From Candidatus Fermentithermobacillaceae bacterium (GTDB taxonomy: Bacteria > Bacillota > Sulfobacillia > Fermentithermobacillales > Fermentithermobacillaceae): 64,000 bases of DNA. The translations under genes and the position numbers were made by a program. The notes beneath the pieces were generated by a model. That model saw only the letters and a list, made by a program, of their open reading frames with translations, was not told the origin of the DNA and ran no database searches. This document shows, piece by piece, positions 29,927-40,043 of the stretch; positions within the stretch are counted from its first letter, which is position 1; each line of letters starts with the position of its first letter. The stretch lies in NCBI GenBank assembly GCA_012512325.1, contig JAAZEL010000038.1, forward strand, positions 10,518 to 74,517. The letters run 5' to 3'.

Positions 29927-30615
29927 CAGCTATACGCCCCTCTTCTTTCATCCCGCACAAGGGTACCGTCCCTGAGTTCCACAACCCGCTTTCTAAGGTT
30001 ATTGACGATATCCTGGGCATGGGTGGCTACAACCACCGTTGTCCCGTAAAGGTTTGCACGTTCCAGCAAGCTGAAGATTTCCATGGATGTCTTAGGATCC
30101 AAGTTGCCGGTAGGCTCGTCCGCAAGTAAGATATCAGGGTTCCTCACAAGCGCCCTGGCAATAGCTATCCTTTGCTGCTCGCCCCCTGAAAGCTCGTTTG
30201 GGAATGCCTCGCGCCTGTCCAAGAGCCCAACCAGGTTGAGTGCCTGGCTTACCCTCCGGTTGATCTCCCGCCTGGAAGTGCCTGTAACCTCAAGGGCGAA
30301 CGATACGTTTTCCCACGCATTCTTGTGTTCCAGGAGTTTGAAATCCTGAAACACTACGCCGATCCTCCGCCTGAAGTACGGGACTTCGCGTCTCCGCATT
30401 TTCGCGAGGTCTTTCCCCAAGACGAACACCTGGCCCCCGGAAGGCGTCTCTTCCCTGTATATCATCTTGATAAGGGTGGACTTGCCTGCGCCGCTTGCGC
30501 CCACCGCAAAAACAAATTCGCCCTTATCTATATGCAAAGACACTCCGTTAAGGGCCTTAACACTGCCGTTATATACCTTGGAAACGTTCCTAAAGCTGAT
30601 CAACGAATATGTCAC
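29923..30615 (-). CDS. ftsE: cell division ATP-binding protein FtsE
   Basis: 230 aa. ABC ATPase Walker A (GASGAGKST), signature LSGGEQQR, and Walker B. Confidence 0.9.
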   Translation of the reverse strand: MTYSLISFRNVSKVYNGSVKALNGVSLHIDKGEFVFAVGASGAGKSTLIKMIYREETPSGGQVFVLGKDLAKMRRREVPYFRRRIGVVFQDFKLLEHKNAWENVSFALEVTGTSRREINRRVSQALNLVGLLDRREAFPNELSGGEQQRIAIARALVRNPDILLADEPTGNLDPKTSMEIFSLLERANLYGTTVVVATHAQDIVNNLRKRVVELRDGTLVRDERRGAYSC

Positions 30616-30737
30616 CTGCCGGACCGAGCAACAGCAGCAACCGCTGCACTGTCATATTATTCGACACGATCTGAGCCAATCCTGTTCCCGAAAAAACTGG
30701 AAAAGGCGCGAACCTGCGTGATTTGGCGACAGACCCT

Positions 30738-30834
30738 CTCTTGTTCCTCAAATCTCCCGCTTACCGGCTCTCGCTTGCAAGCTCCCGTTTGCGTCTCCCG
30801 TGTCCAAGCCTCCGTCTACTGTCTGCCGCTTACG
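30738..30834. repeat. 13-14-nt tandem repeat (TCTCCCGYTTRCN-like), about 6-7 copies, in the ftsE upstream region, running into the tkt-C 3' end
   Basis: Direct inspection: aatctcccgcttacc/ggctctcgcttgcaa/gctcccgtttgcg/tctcccgtgtccaa/gcctccgtctact/gtctgccgcttacg. Confidence 0.55.
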
Positions 30835-31805
30835 ATCTTCCGCGCAACCTCGCAATAATGTTCGGAAGTAAGCCCGTAATGCTTTATCAGGGCTTCAGCC
30901 GAACCCGATTCACCGAATTCGTCGTTTATCCCCAAGATCGCAACGGGAACAGGATGGTTCCTGGCGGTGACCTCGCACACAGCGCTGCCCAAGCCGCCTA
31001 TCACGCTGTGTTCCTCGCAGGTCACTATGGCCTTGCTGCGTTTTGCTATCTTAACCAGCAGGTCTTCATCAATGGGCTTCACCGAAGCCATTTCTGCGAC
31101 TAAACAAGGGATACCCTCTTTTTCGAGGGCACGGGCTGCCTCAAGTGCCGGGGCCACCGTGATCCCACACGCCACAAAAGCCATATCGAAAACACGGCCC
31201 TCTTCCAGCACTGCGTTGAACTGGCCGGGAACCTCAGGCTCAGGCCAAAGCACCAACCCCTTGCCTATCTGAAACCCTGCATCCTCGGGGTATACCTGGG
31301 GTACCTTTGCCCTGCCCAACCGTATGTACACCGGCCCGTCATGGGAAGCGGCAGCCATCACAGCCAGCCGGGTCTGCCTGGCATCACTCGGCACAAGCAC
31401 CGTCATCCCAGGGAGGGCCCGCATCAGTGCAATATCTTCCAGGGCTTGATGGGTGGCGCCGTCTTCACCTACGGTGATCCCTGCGTGGGAAGCGGCGATC
31501 TTTACGTTGAACCGGGGGTACGCGATTGACTGGCGGACCTGGTCGTAGGCCCTGCCTGCGGCAAACACCGCAAAGGTTGATGCAAAAGGGATTTTGCCTG
31601 AATGGGCAAGCCCTGCGGCAATCCCCATCATGTTGGCTTCGGCAATTCCCACGTTGAAGAACCTTTCAGGAAACTCCTGGGCGAAAGCCGAAGTCCTGGT
31701 CGACGAAGACAGGTCGGCGTCGAGCACCACGATATCAGGATTCTGCCTGCCCAGTTCCACCAGGGCCTCCCCGTAAGCATCCCTTGTTGCCTTCATTTGA
31801 GACAT
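30816..31805 (-). CDS. transketolase, C-terminal (pyrimidine-binding + C-terminal) subunit
   Basis: Start set at the ATG at 31805 (MSQMKATRDAYGEAL), with AAGGTGA RBS. The upstream part of the 358-aa ORF is unlikely to be coding. Confidence 0.8.
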   Translation of the reverse strand: MSQMKATRDAYGEALVELGRQNPDIVVLDADLSSSTRTSAFAQEFPERFFNVGIAEANMMGIAAGLAHSGKIPFASTFAVFAAGRAYDQVRQSIAYPRFNVKIAASHAGITVGEDGATHQALEDIALMRALPGMTVLVPSDARQTRLAVMAAASHDGPVYIRLGRAKVPQVYPEDAGFQIGKGLVLWPEPEVPGQFNAVLEEGRVFDMAFVACGITVAPALEAARALEKEGIPCLVAEMASVKPIDEDLLVKIAKRSKAIVTCEEHSVIGGLGSAVCEVTARNHPVPVAILGINDEFGESGSAEALIKHYGLTSEHYCEVARKIVSGRQ

Positions 31806-31921
31806 CCGTATCACCTTTTCAATGCTTATGTGAATGTTCGCGTGACATGCGCGTGACCTGAAACGCTTACTTCGCTCAAAGGGCTGATCCACTCAAGCAT
31901 CCGTTAAGCAGCCCTCCATTG

Positions 31922-32764
31922 CTAAACAGCCTGCAATTGCTTCAACGCTTCCTCCAGCTGGCCTGGGTTGGGCGCCTTGCCGTGCCAGTCTTTCTCCCCC
32001 TCCATGAAGCTGACTCCCTTGCCTTTCACCGTGTCAGCCACTACCACTGCAGGCTTTCCTTTTATGTCCAGCGCTTGCTGAAACACATCCAAAAGGATGT
32101 CGACCCTGTGGCCGTCCACCCTGAACACGTGCCAGCCAAACGCCCTGAACTTGTCATCGATGGGATCTATGCTCATGACGTCCCTTACCCGGCCGTCTAT
32201 CTGAAGCCCGTTGTGATCCACGATGGCTATGAGGTTATCGAGTTTGTAATGGCTCGCCGCCATGGCAGCCTCCCAGATCTGGCCTTCCTGACATTCCCCG
32301 TCACCTAACAGCACCCATACGTTGTAATCCTTTTGATCCAGCCTACCCGCCAGGGCCATGCCTACCGCCATGGACAGCCCCTGACCCAAGGAGCCTGTGG
32401 ACACCTCTACGCCGGGCACCTTCTTGCAGTCCGGGTGGCCTTGGAGGGGCGAACCTAATTGTCTCAAGGTGTCCAGCCAGTCCGCCGGGAAAAAGCCGCG
32501 TCCGGCCAGGGCCGAATACAGCACAGGTGCAGCATGGCCTTTGCTCAGAACAAACCTGTCCCTGTCCGGCCAATCGGGCTCATCAGGCTTAACCCTCAGA
32601 ACTTCGCCGAAATACAAGGTCGCAACTATGTCTGCGGCGGAAAGGGAGCCGCCGGGATGGCCGGACCCTGCTTTAGCGGTCATCTTGACGATGTCGATCC
32701 TGATTTCCCGGGCTTTTTGCTCAATAAACCGTATCAGACTCTCCTTGTTCCCTGGATTCTGCAT
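31922..32764 (-). CDS. transketolase, N-terminal (TPP-binding) subunit
   Basis: SGHPGGSLSAADI...GDGECQEG TPP-binding motifs. Start set at the ATG at 32764 (MQNPGN). Overlaps the tagA-like 3' end by about 44 nt. Confidence 0.8.
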   Translation of the reverse strand: MQNPGNKESLIRFIEQKAREIRIDIVKMTAKAGSGHPGGSLSAADIVATLYFGEVLRVKPDEPDWPDRDRFVLSKGHAAPVLYSALAGRGFFPADWLDTLRQLGSPLQGHPDCKKVPGVEVSTGSLGQGLSMAVGMALAGRLDQKDYNVWVLLGDGECQEGQIWEAAMAASHYKLDNLIAIVDHNGLQIDGRVRDVMSIDPIDDKFRAFGWHVFRVDGHRVDILLDVFQQALDIKGKPAVVVADTVKGKGVSFMEGEKDWHGKAPNPGQLEEALKQLQAV

Positions 32765-33527
32765 TGTGTGACTCCCCTTTTTCCCTGGTCCGGTCAAACA
32801 TGCTCAGGAGCTGGACCCTGGCGGCAAACTCCAAGAGAGCCAGGTTGCGCCAAATCCTTGCCGGTTCCAACACCATTCTCCAGAGCCATTCCAGACCGGC
32901 CTCTTGTACGCGTCCAGGAGCCCTCTTCTTAGCCCCTGAAAGCACATCCAAGACGCCTCCCAGGCCGATTCCGACTTTGGCCCCCAACCGGTTTCTGTAT
33001 TTCCACAGGAATTTCTCCTGCCTGGGAGAACCCATGGCGCAAAAGATTACATCCGGCCGGGCGGAGGCGATCTTTTCCGCCACTTGTTGCTCTTCCTCGG
33101 GCATAAAGTAACCGTGGTGGGTTCCGCATATCCTTACTCCGGGTATGGACTTAACCACGTTTTCAGCTGCCTTTTCCGCCACCCCGGGCTTGCCGCCGGC
33201 AAAGAAGAACCTGGGGGAAGGTTTTTTCCTCAAGAGTGCATCGGCAAGGTCAACTCCTGTAACCCTTTCAGGCAGCTTGACCCCTTGCTTCCTGGCGGCC
33301 CAAAGAATGCCCATCCCGTCCGGCACGATCAGGTGGGCGTTTTCAAGGATGTCCATGAATTCCGGATCCCTTTGGGCTGTCATGACCATGATGGGATTTG
33401 CCGTCACCACAAGCCTGGTGCAATTGTCTTCCCGGCTCATCATCCACTCCAAGGCACTAACTGCACCCTGGAGCGTTATGGGATAGAACTCGACGCCCAA
33501 GATTCTCACAGACAAGTCAACATCCAC
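32721..33527 (-). CDS. tagA: WecB/TagA/CpsF family glycosyltransferase (ManNAc transferase-like)
   Basis: 268 aa. ...VVTANPIMVM...LIVPDGMGILWAAR...IFCAMGSPRQE conserved blocks. Confidence 0.8.
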   Translation of the reverse strand: MDVDLSVRILGVEFYPITLQGAVSALEWMMSREDNCTRLVVTANPIMVMTAQRDPEFMDILENAHLIVPDGMGILWAARKQGVKLPERVTGVDLADALLRKKPSPRFFFAGGKPGVAEKAAENVVKSIPGVRICGTHHGYFMPEEEQQVAEKIASARPDVIFCAMGSPRQEKFLWKYRNRLGAKVGIGLGGVLDVLSGAKKRAPGRVQEAGLEWLWRMVLEPARIWRNLALLEFAARVQLLSMFDRTREKGESHNAESREQGESDTVY

Positions 33528-33691
33528 CCTTTTTCTGATGCACCATGAGTATCTTACGCCACTTTTCTACAACAAGTCCATCCGATCCTCTGTTTTCGCC
33601 TTAGCTATTGCTGCTTGGGACTGGGAGGTTTTTCTGTTATGATCCCGTCAGAAGATAAGGGACGGGAGTGTAGACGTACTCAAGAAACGGG

Positions 33692-34792
33692 GTGCTGTAT
33701 GTGAAGCGTATCCTCCTGTCAGGATACTACGGGTTCGGCAACACGGGAGACGAAGCCATCCTGGCTTCGACGGTGAAAGCCCTTAGACAAGCACGCCCGG
33801 ATCTTGAGATCATGGTGTTGTCGGAACACCCAGATGAAACCGGCAGCACTTACGGGGTGAGAGGGTTCCACAGGATGAGCCCTACCCAGGTCCTAAAGGC
33901 GATTCACCTCGCAGACCTCGTGGTTTTCGGCGGAGGCAGCCTGCTCCAAGACATCACTTCTCTAAGATCCCTGATTTACTACCTTTCCATCATCCGGCTA
34001 TCCCGCCTGTCCGGCAAACCCGTGGTGGTGTACGCAAACGGGATCGGCCCCATAAGATCCAAGTTAGGCAGGTTCCTCACTAAGCATACCCTGTCAAGAG
34101 TGAAAGCGATAACCGTCAGGGATGCCGAATCTGAAACGGAACTCAGAAGGCTCGGGGTGCCCTTGCCGGTACAAGTAACCGCAGATCCCGCGTTCCTGCT
34201 GGACCCATCCCCCGACCACATGGCCGATTCCATCCTCAAGGAGCACGGGATTGGCTCTTCCAAAGGGATCGTATGGATCGCTTTGCGCCGGATGAACACC
34301 CCACCGTGGTTCCTGAACCAGATCCAAGATCTCATTGGCTGGCTGAGGCAGGAACACAGGGAACCGTCTTTTCTGGCAATGCAAGAGCGTGACCTGGCTG
34401 TGGCTCAAGTACTTAACCGGGAGCTGGTTTCAGCCGGGCAAAAACCCATGCCCACGGTGTCCGGCATTTCCCCTGAAGACGCCTTGAGCATCCTGGGGAA
34501 AGGGGACTATTGTCTGGGGATGCGCTTGCACACCCTGATCCTCTCGGCCAGGGTCGGGGTGCCATTCATGGGGGTAGAAATAGACCCGAAAATCGGCGCT
34601 TTCTGCAGGAGCACCGGCTGCCCGGCGATGCCCGGCCCCGATCCTCAAGAACCGAACTTCAGCATCGTGGACGAGTTCAAAGCCTTCATGCAAGACGGGG
34701 ATAAACTAAGGCAGGCACTCCAGGAGCACCTGCCCCGGTTCCGCTCACTGGCAAGGCAAAACATAGATATGGTGCTTAGCTATCTCCGGTGA
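33692..34792 (+). CDS. csaB: polysaccharide pyruvyl transferase CsaB
   Basis: 366 aa. N-terminal ILLSGYYGFGNTGDEAIL and the overall CsaB family layout. Divergent from the tagA-like gene. Confidence 0.8.
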   Translation: MLYVKRILLSGYYGFGNTGDEAILASTVKALRQARPDLEIMVLSEHPDETGSTYGVRGFHRMSPTQVLKAIHLADLVVFGGGSLLQDITSLRSLIYYLSIIRLSRLSGKPVVVYANGIGPIRSKLGRFLTKHTLSRVKAITVRDAESETELRRLGVPLPVQVTADPAFLLDPSPDHMADSILKEHGIGSSKGIVWIALRRMNTPPWFLNQIQDLIGWLRQEHREPSFLAMQERDLAVAQVLNRELVSAGQKPMPTVSGISPEDALSILGKGDYCLGMRLHTLILSARVGVPFMGVEIDPKIGAFCRSTGCPAMPGPDPQEPNFSIVDEFKAFMQDGDKLRQALQEHLPRFRSLARQNIDMVLSYLR

Positions 34793-34966
34793 TCTTCCTG
34801 TTGTCGATGGGTCTGGATACCGCCATGCTTCAGAGCCGTCTCGAATGCCCCTCCGTCCTCTGTGCCGTAATCCCTGGGCCCTATCCGGTCGGGCCGCACT
34901 GCTTCATTGTAGGCTCTCCCTGCGCTTAGAAACGCCGGGCACAAATGTCAGACAGCCTAGGTCGTA

Positions 34967-35398
34967 CTACTTTATCGTGAACTCTCCCCGCACCATGACG
35001 ATGGCATCTGACGTAGCCTTGATTCCCCTTCCGTCATCCCTGGGAACCAGCAACAGGTGGTTGGCAGGGACTGCCGAGCCACCGCCGAGATCAACGCCCT
35101 GGGTAACATCGCACAGGCCCCCGAGCTCCGAATCTATTACCGTAGCTTGTCCGCCCCTGAGGATGATCTCAGTCCCGGAGTAGCCTATCAGGGTTTGCCC
35201 AGAGGCAAGCTCAACCACACTCATCTTGAGCCTTGAGTTAACATATGAGTCAACATATGCCTTGGTAACCAAGGGATCGCCCTCGCTACCCGGTAAAGGC
35301 ATGTTGGATGCGGCAAACCCCTTGCCAAACCACCTAAGGGCCGCGCCTACGGCCACCAACAACACTGCGTAGATCAACCCTTTCTTCCTGCCTGCCAT
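34967..35398 (-). CDS. hypothetical secreted/membrane-anchored protein
   Basis: Start at the ATG at 35398 (MAGRKKGLIYAVLLVAVGAAL...) with a strong RBS GGAGAGGTGGAG. The track ORF from 35575 overlaps prfB and is rejected. No family assignment. Confidence 0.5.
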   Translation of the reverse strand: MAGRKKGLIYAVLLVAVGAALRWFGKGFAASNMPLPGSEGDPLVTKAYVDSYVNSRLKMSVVELASGQTLIGYSGTEIILRGGQATVIDSELGGLCDVTQGVDLGGGSAVPANHLLLVPRDDGRGIKATSDAIVMVRGEFTIK

Positions 35399-35421
35399 CT
35401 CCACCTCTCCTTTCCCTTTCC

Positions 35422-36523
35422 CTATCCTGAAGCGTCCTGCCTTAGCTTGGCGTATATGAAGTCGTCGATGTCGCCGTCCATGACCCTTTCCACACTGCCT
35501 GCTTCTACTCCGGTGCGGTGGTCTTTGACCAAGGTGTACGGTTGGAAAACGTAAGACCTTATCTGACTGCCCCATGCAATTTCCTTTTGAGGCCCTCTCA
35601 ACGCCTCAATCTGCTTCATCCGCTCTTCTTCTTTGAGCGCCAGAAGCTTCGCCTTGAGCATCCTCATGGCCAGGGCCTTGTTGGAATGTTGGGAGCGCTC
35701 GTTCTGACAAGTGACCACTATACCGGTGGGGATGTGGGTAATCCTCACCGCCGAATCGGTCTTGTTTACATGCTGCCCTCCTGCACCCGAAGATCTAAAG
35801 GTGTCGATCTTGAGATCTTCGGGGTTGATGTCTATCTCTGCCTCTTCCTCTATTTCAGGCAGCACATCCACAGACGCGAAGGAAGTGTGACGGCGCTGGT
35901 TGGCGTCAAACGGGGATATCCTTACAAGCCTGTGGACCCCTTTCTCAGTGCGCAGAAAACCGTAGGCATAGTCTCCCCGAACGGAAAAGCTCACGCTCTT
36001 CAGCCCGGCCTCTTCCCCCGGGAGTATGTCCAGGGTTTCCAGCTGAAAGCCCTTGCGTTCCGCCCAACGGGAATACATCCGGTAAAGCATGCTCACCCAA
36101 TCCATGGCTTCGGTACCGCCTGCGCCTGCATGGAGGGTTACAATCGCATCCCTGGAATCGTACTCCCCTGAAAGAAGTGTCTCAAGTTCAAAATCACGGA
36201 CCTTGAGGGCAGCTTGTTTCGCAGATTCGGTGAGATCGGGCAAGAGCTCCAGATCCCCCTCTTCTTCCGCCATCCGGGCGATATCGATGCTGTCCCTGAT
36301 CAAGACCTCAAGTTCCCTGTACCGCTTGATTTTGTCCTCAATCCGGCTGATTTCAGTGCCCACTCTCTTGGCTCTCCGCCGGTCTTGCCAGATTGACGGA
36401 TCTTCCATCTGCTTCTTCAGGGAAGCAAGTTGCTGCTCAAGCCCTGGGAAGTCAAAGAGACCTCCCGATATTGCTTAGTCTTGCCTGCAATGTCTCAAAC
36501 TCGCTTATGACCTGTTCGTACAT
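35422..36523 (-). CDS. prfB: peptide chain release factor 2, expressed via programmed +1 ribosomal frameshift
   Basis: Frame-0 ORF from ATG at 36523..36521 reads MYEQVISEFETLQARLSNIGRSL-stop, with CTT TGA C at 36457..36451. The +1 frame continues DFPGLEQQ..., joining the 328-aa ORF 35422..36408, which carries the GGQ motif SGAGGQHVNKTDSAVR. Confidence 0.9.
36451..36466 (-). other. RF2 autoregulatory +1 frameshift site (SD-like GGGAGG, then CUU UGA C)
   Basis: Minus-strand read is atc GGG AGG tct CTT TGA C. This is the canonical prfB recoding signal. Confidence 0.85.
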
Positions 36524-36567
36524 GCCTGTTCCCCCTAAACCTAATTTGGCTATGGTATTCGCCACCG

Positions 36568-39327
36568 CTACGCAAGTTTACCGCAGCAGTGCTTGTACTT
36601 CTTGCCGCTACCGCAAGGGCACGGAGCATTGCGTCCGACTTTCCTTACAGCTTGCCCTGCAGGTGCCCTACCGGCTGCAGCTGCCTGATGGGACCTTGGA
36701 GTTGGCCTCCTGGAACCGGGAACTCCCGCCCCTCCGGCGGCCACCTGTGTCCGGCGCCGCCTGGCGGCTTCACCGGTGCCCGCTAAGGTTACCCTGAAAA
36801 TATAAGACACTGTGTCTTTTTCGATGCTTTGAACCATGCCTTGGAAAATCTCGTAACCTTCTTTTTGATACTCAAGGAGAGGATCCCTTTGCCCGTACGC
36901 CCGGAGGCCGATACCTTGCCTAAGGCTTTCCATGGCCTGAAGGTGGCCTATCCACTTCTGATCCACCACCCTTAGGAGTATCAGCCTCTGTATGTCCTGG
37001 AAGTGCTCACCCAAGATCTCTCCTTTTTGTCTGTATGCGGCATGGAAAACCTGGGTGACTGCCTCAAGTGCTTCCTCCCTGGAAGGGGACTGCTGGAATA
37101 CGGACGCAAAATCCGCGTCAGGCAAGATTTCCTTAAGATATGATTCCAGCCCGGCGAGGTCAGCTTCAGCCTGGGACACACCGGGAGCCCAGAACAGGTC
37201 AAAACCCAAGGCAATCGACCTTTCCATCATCCCCAGGACTATCTCTGACAGATCGTCCCTTTCCAGCACTTCACGCCTCTGGGCATAGATCACTTCCCGC
37301 TGCTTGTTCAGGACGTTGTCGTATTCAAGCACGTTCTTTCTGATTGAGAAATTATGAGCTTCTATCCTTTTCTGGGCGGTCTCCACCGATTTGGTGATCA
37401 GGGGATGCTCTATGGGTTCGTCTTCGGCAAATCCCATCTTCTCCATCACGCTGCCAATCAGGTCGCCGCCGAACAGCCTCATAAGTTCGTCCTCTATGGA
37501 CAAGTAAAACCTCGATGAACCGGGATCTCCCTGCCTGCCGGCCCGCCCCCTCAGCTGGTTGTCTATCCGCCTCGCTTCATGCCTTTCAGTCCCGATAACG
37601 TGGAGGCCGCCTAAAGCCACAACCTCCTCGTGCTCCCTGTCTGTGAGCTTCTTGGCTCTTTCATAGAGTTCCCGGTACCGCTTGCGTGCCTCCATTACCG
37701 TGTCCAGGTACTCGTCTGTTTCACCCGAGCTTATCTTCGCCATCATCGCCTGTGGAAGCACTTTTTCAGTGGCCACGGCAATCACATCGGGCTCGAAACC
37801 TTCCTTCCTGAGGGCGGAACGCGCCATGAACTCAGGGTTCCCGCCCAGGAGTATGTCCGTGCCCCTTCCGGCCATATTGGTGGCTATGGTCACGGCCCCT
37901 TTCCTCCCGGCCTGGGCCACTATCTCAGCTTCCCTTTGGTGATGCTTGGCGTTGAGCACTTCGTGGGGGATCCTTCTTTTCTTAAGCATCCCGGACAAGA
38001 CTTCGGATTTTTCAACTGACCTGGTACCCACAAGCACAGGCCGCCCGGTCTTGTGAAGTTCTACTATCTCTTCCGCCACCGCGTTGAACTTAGCTTTTTC
38101 CGTAGCCCAGATGGAATCGGGCATGGCGGTTCTTATGAGAGGCTTGTTGGGAGGTATCTGCACCACGTCCATGCCGTATATCTGGATGAACTCAGCCTCC
38201 TCAGTGGCAGCCGTCCCCGTCATCCCCGCCAGCTTCTTGTACATCCTGAAGAAGTTCTGCACCGTTATGGTGGCAAGCACGTCCGACTCCTCCCGCACAG
38301 TAACCCCTTCTTTGGCCTCTATGGCTTGGTGGAGCCCGTCGGAAAACCGCCTGCCAGGCAGGAGACGGCCTGTGAACTCGTCGACTATGAGCACTTCGCC
38401 GTCTTTGACCACGTAGTCCACGTCCCGGTGCATGAGTTCCTTTGCTTTTACCGCCTGCTTGACGTAATGTTCGATACCTATGTTTTCTTCTGAGGAGATG
38501 TCGTCAATCCCCAGGTAATCCTCGATGAGGCCAATCCCTTCTTCGGTGAAAGCCACTGTCTTGGCCTTTTCTTCCACTGTGTAATGTTTATCCCTGACCA
38601 TCCGGTCCGCCAGGAGCTTGAACTTGCGGTACTTATCCGTGGAACCCTGGACCTGGCCGGAGATGATCAAGGGGGTCCTTGCCTCGTCTATGAGGATGGA
38701 GTCCACTTCGTCGATTATGGCGTAATCCAGGACGCCCTGGACCAGGTCCTGCTTACGCAAGGCCATGTTGTCCCTCAAGTAGTCAAACCCGAATTCGGCG
38801 TTGGTCCCGTATACTATCGGGCACGAATACGACCGCCGTTTGGCGACAGGATCCATGCCCGGCACCACCAATCCCACTTCCAGCCCCAGGAACCGGTAAA
38901 TCTGGCCCATCCATTCTTTGTCCCGGGATGCCAGGTAGTCATTGACGGTCACCACATGGACGGTATGCCCGCCTATGGCGTTGAGGTATGCAGGCAAAGT
39001 GGCCACCAGGGTCTTGCCCTCGCCTGTCTGCATCTCCGCAATCCGTCCCTGGTGAAGCACGATGCCGCCCATTACCTGCACACCAAAATGCCTCATATCA
39101 AGCACACGCCTGGCGGTTTCCCGCACCACCGCAAAAGCTTCAGGCAGGAAGCTGTCAAGGGATTCCCCCCTTGAGCTGCGTTCCCGGAACTCTCCGGTCT
39201 TGGCCTGAAGCTCCTGATCTGAAAGTCGTCTCATATCAGGCTCAAGCTTGGATACGGCCTGGACAATGCGGGACAGCTTGCGCAATTCCCGTTCGTTTGA
39301 GTTAAGCAGATTTCTGAATATAGACAC
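36568..39327 (-). CDS. secA: preprotein translocase ATPase SecA
   Basis: 919 aa. DEAD-like motor motifs, a long low-complexity linker, and a C-terminal zinc finger [14 protein letters not shown]. Confidence 0.95.
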   Translation of the reverse strand: MSIFRNLLNSNERELRKLSRIVQAVSKLEPDMRRLSDQELQAKTGEFRERSSRGESLDSFLPEAFAVVRETARRVLDMRHFGVQVMGGIVLHQGRIAEMQTGEGKTLVATLPAYLNAIGGHTVHVVTVNDYLASRDKEWMGQIYRFLGLEVGLVVPGMDPVAKRRSYSCPIVYGTNAEFGFDYLRDNMALRKQDLVQGVLDYAIIDEVDSILIDEARTPLIISGQVQGSTDKYRKFKLLADRMVRDKHYTVEEKAKTVAFTEEGIGLIEDYLGIDDISSEENIGIEHYVKQAVKAKELMHRDVDYVVKDGEVLIVDEFTGRLLPGRRFSDGLHQAIEAKEGVTVREESDVLATITVQNFFRMYKKLAGMTGTAATEEAEFIQIYGMDVVQIPPNKPLIRTAMPDSIWATEKAKFNAVAEEIVELHKTGRPVLVGTRSVEKSEVLSGMLKKRRIPHEVLNAKHHQREAEIVAQAGRKGAVTIATNMAGRGTDILLGGNPEFMARSALRKEGFEPDVIAVATEKVLPQAMMAKISSGETDEYLDTVMEARKRYRELYERAKKLTDREHEEVVALGGLHVIGTERHEARRIDNQLRGRAGRQGDPGSSRFYLSIEDELMRLFGGDLIGSVMEKMGFAEDEPIEHPLITKSVETAQKRIEAHNFSIRKNVLEYDNVLNKQREVIYAQRREVLERDDLSEIVLGMMERSIALGFDLFWAPGVSQAEADLAGLESYLKEILPDADFASVFQQSPSREEALEAVTQVFHAAYRQKGEILGEHFQDIQRLILLRVVDQKWIGHLQAMESLRQGIGLRAYGQRDPLLEYQKEGYEIFQGMVQSIEKDTVSYIFRVTLAGTGEAARRRRTQVAAGGAGVPGSRRPTPRSHQAAAAGRAPAGQAVRKVGRNAPCPCGSGKKYKHCCGKLA

Positions 39328-39387
39328 GGTTATCCCCTTTTCACCTTACACTGTAAGACAGTTTTGGCCTTCCATATTCATGTCAGC

Positions 39388-39477
39388 GTGCTCATCCTGG
39401 CCATGCTAATGCTGGCAGTGTTCATCCCAGCCCTGTTCACATTAGCCGCGGTCATCTTGGCCGGGCTCAGCTAATTC
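39388..39477. repeat. three imperfect 30-nt direct repeats in the secA 5' region, overlapping the DUF5317 gene stop
   Basis: Units are gtgctcatcctggccatgctaatgctggca, gtgttcatcccagccctgttcacattagcc and gcggtcatcttggccgggctcagctaattc, about 60% pairwise identity. Both strands carry short repeat-encoded ORFs. Confidence 0.6.
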
Positions 39478-40039
39478 TAGCATCCTTTTGGGTGTCAGGG
39501 AAACCGCGGTGCAGGGTGTGAAGGACAAACCACAACACGCCGCCGGCCATGAGGATATCGCCGACGCTGAAGGTAGTGGGAACCTTGGAAAGGAATCTCC
39601 ATCCGAAGATGTCTGCCAGGAACCTCAGCCTCACGCCGTCTGGGATCACCTGATGGGTAAGGCTTGAACCCAGATCTCTCACCTGGCTCTCGAGCAAGCT
39701 CATGCCGATGCCATGAGGGTCAACAGGCATCCGACCCCCGTTTGCCATTATGGCCATGAAGTTAAGGAACATGCCCAAAGCCATGGGCACAAAGCCGGGC
39801 AGCCTGAGATTGGGGTATAGACCGTAAAACAGCACCAGGTAGGTAACCAGAGATATCCCCATGCACAAACCAGGGGATGGCTCAGCTTTTCCTTGGAGCA
39901 ACAGCACGGAACCGAACTTAACCACGAAAGCACCTGCGATCCAAGGGAAGCGCTCAAGTTTTATGTCGCCAAGCCTTGACAACTTACCTCCTGTCAACAC
40001 GCCGAGGACAAGGGAGAGCAGCACCGCAAACCTGAACAA
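39467..40039 (-). CDS. DUF5317-like polytopic membrane protein
   Basis: 190 aa, multi-TM. Its stop is 5 nt upstream of the HD-GYP gene... correction: it lies immediately downstream of the HD-GYP gene with a 4-nt gap, which suggests co-transcription. Confidence 0.55.
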   Translation of the reverse strand: MFRFAVLLSLVLGVLTGGKLSRLGDIKLERFPWIAGAFVVKFGSVLLLQGKAEPSPGLCMGISLVTYLVLFYGLYPNLRLPGFVPMALGMFLNFMAIMANGGRMPVDPHGIGMSLLESQVRDLGSSLTHQVIPDGVRLRFLADIFGWRFLSKVPTTFSVGDILMAGGVLWFVLHTLHRGFPDTQKDARIS

Positions 40040-40043
40040 GGCG

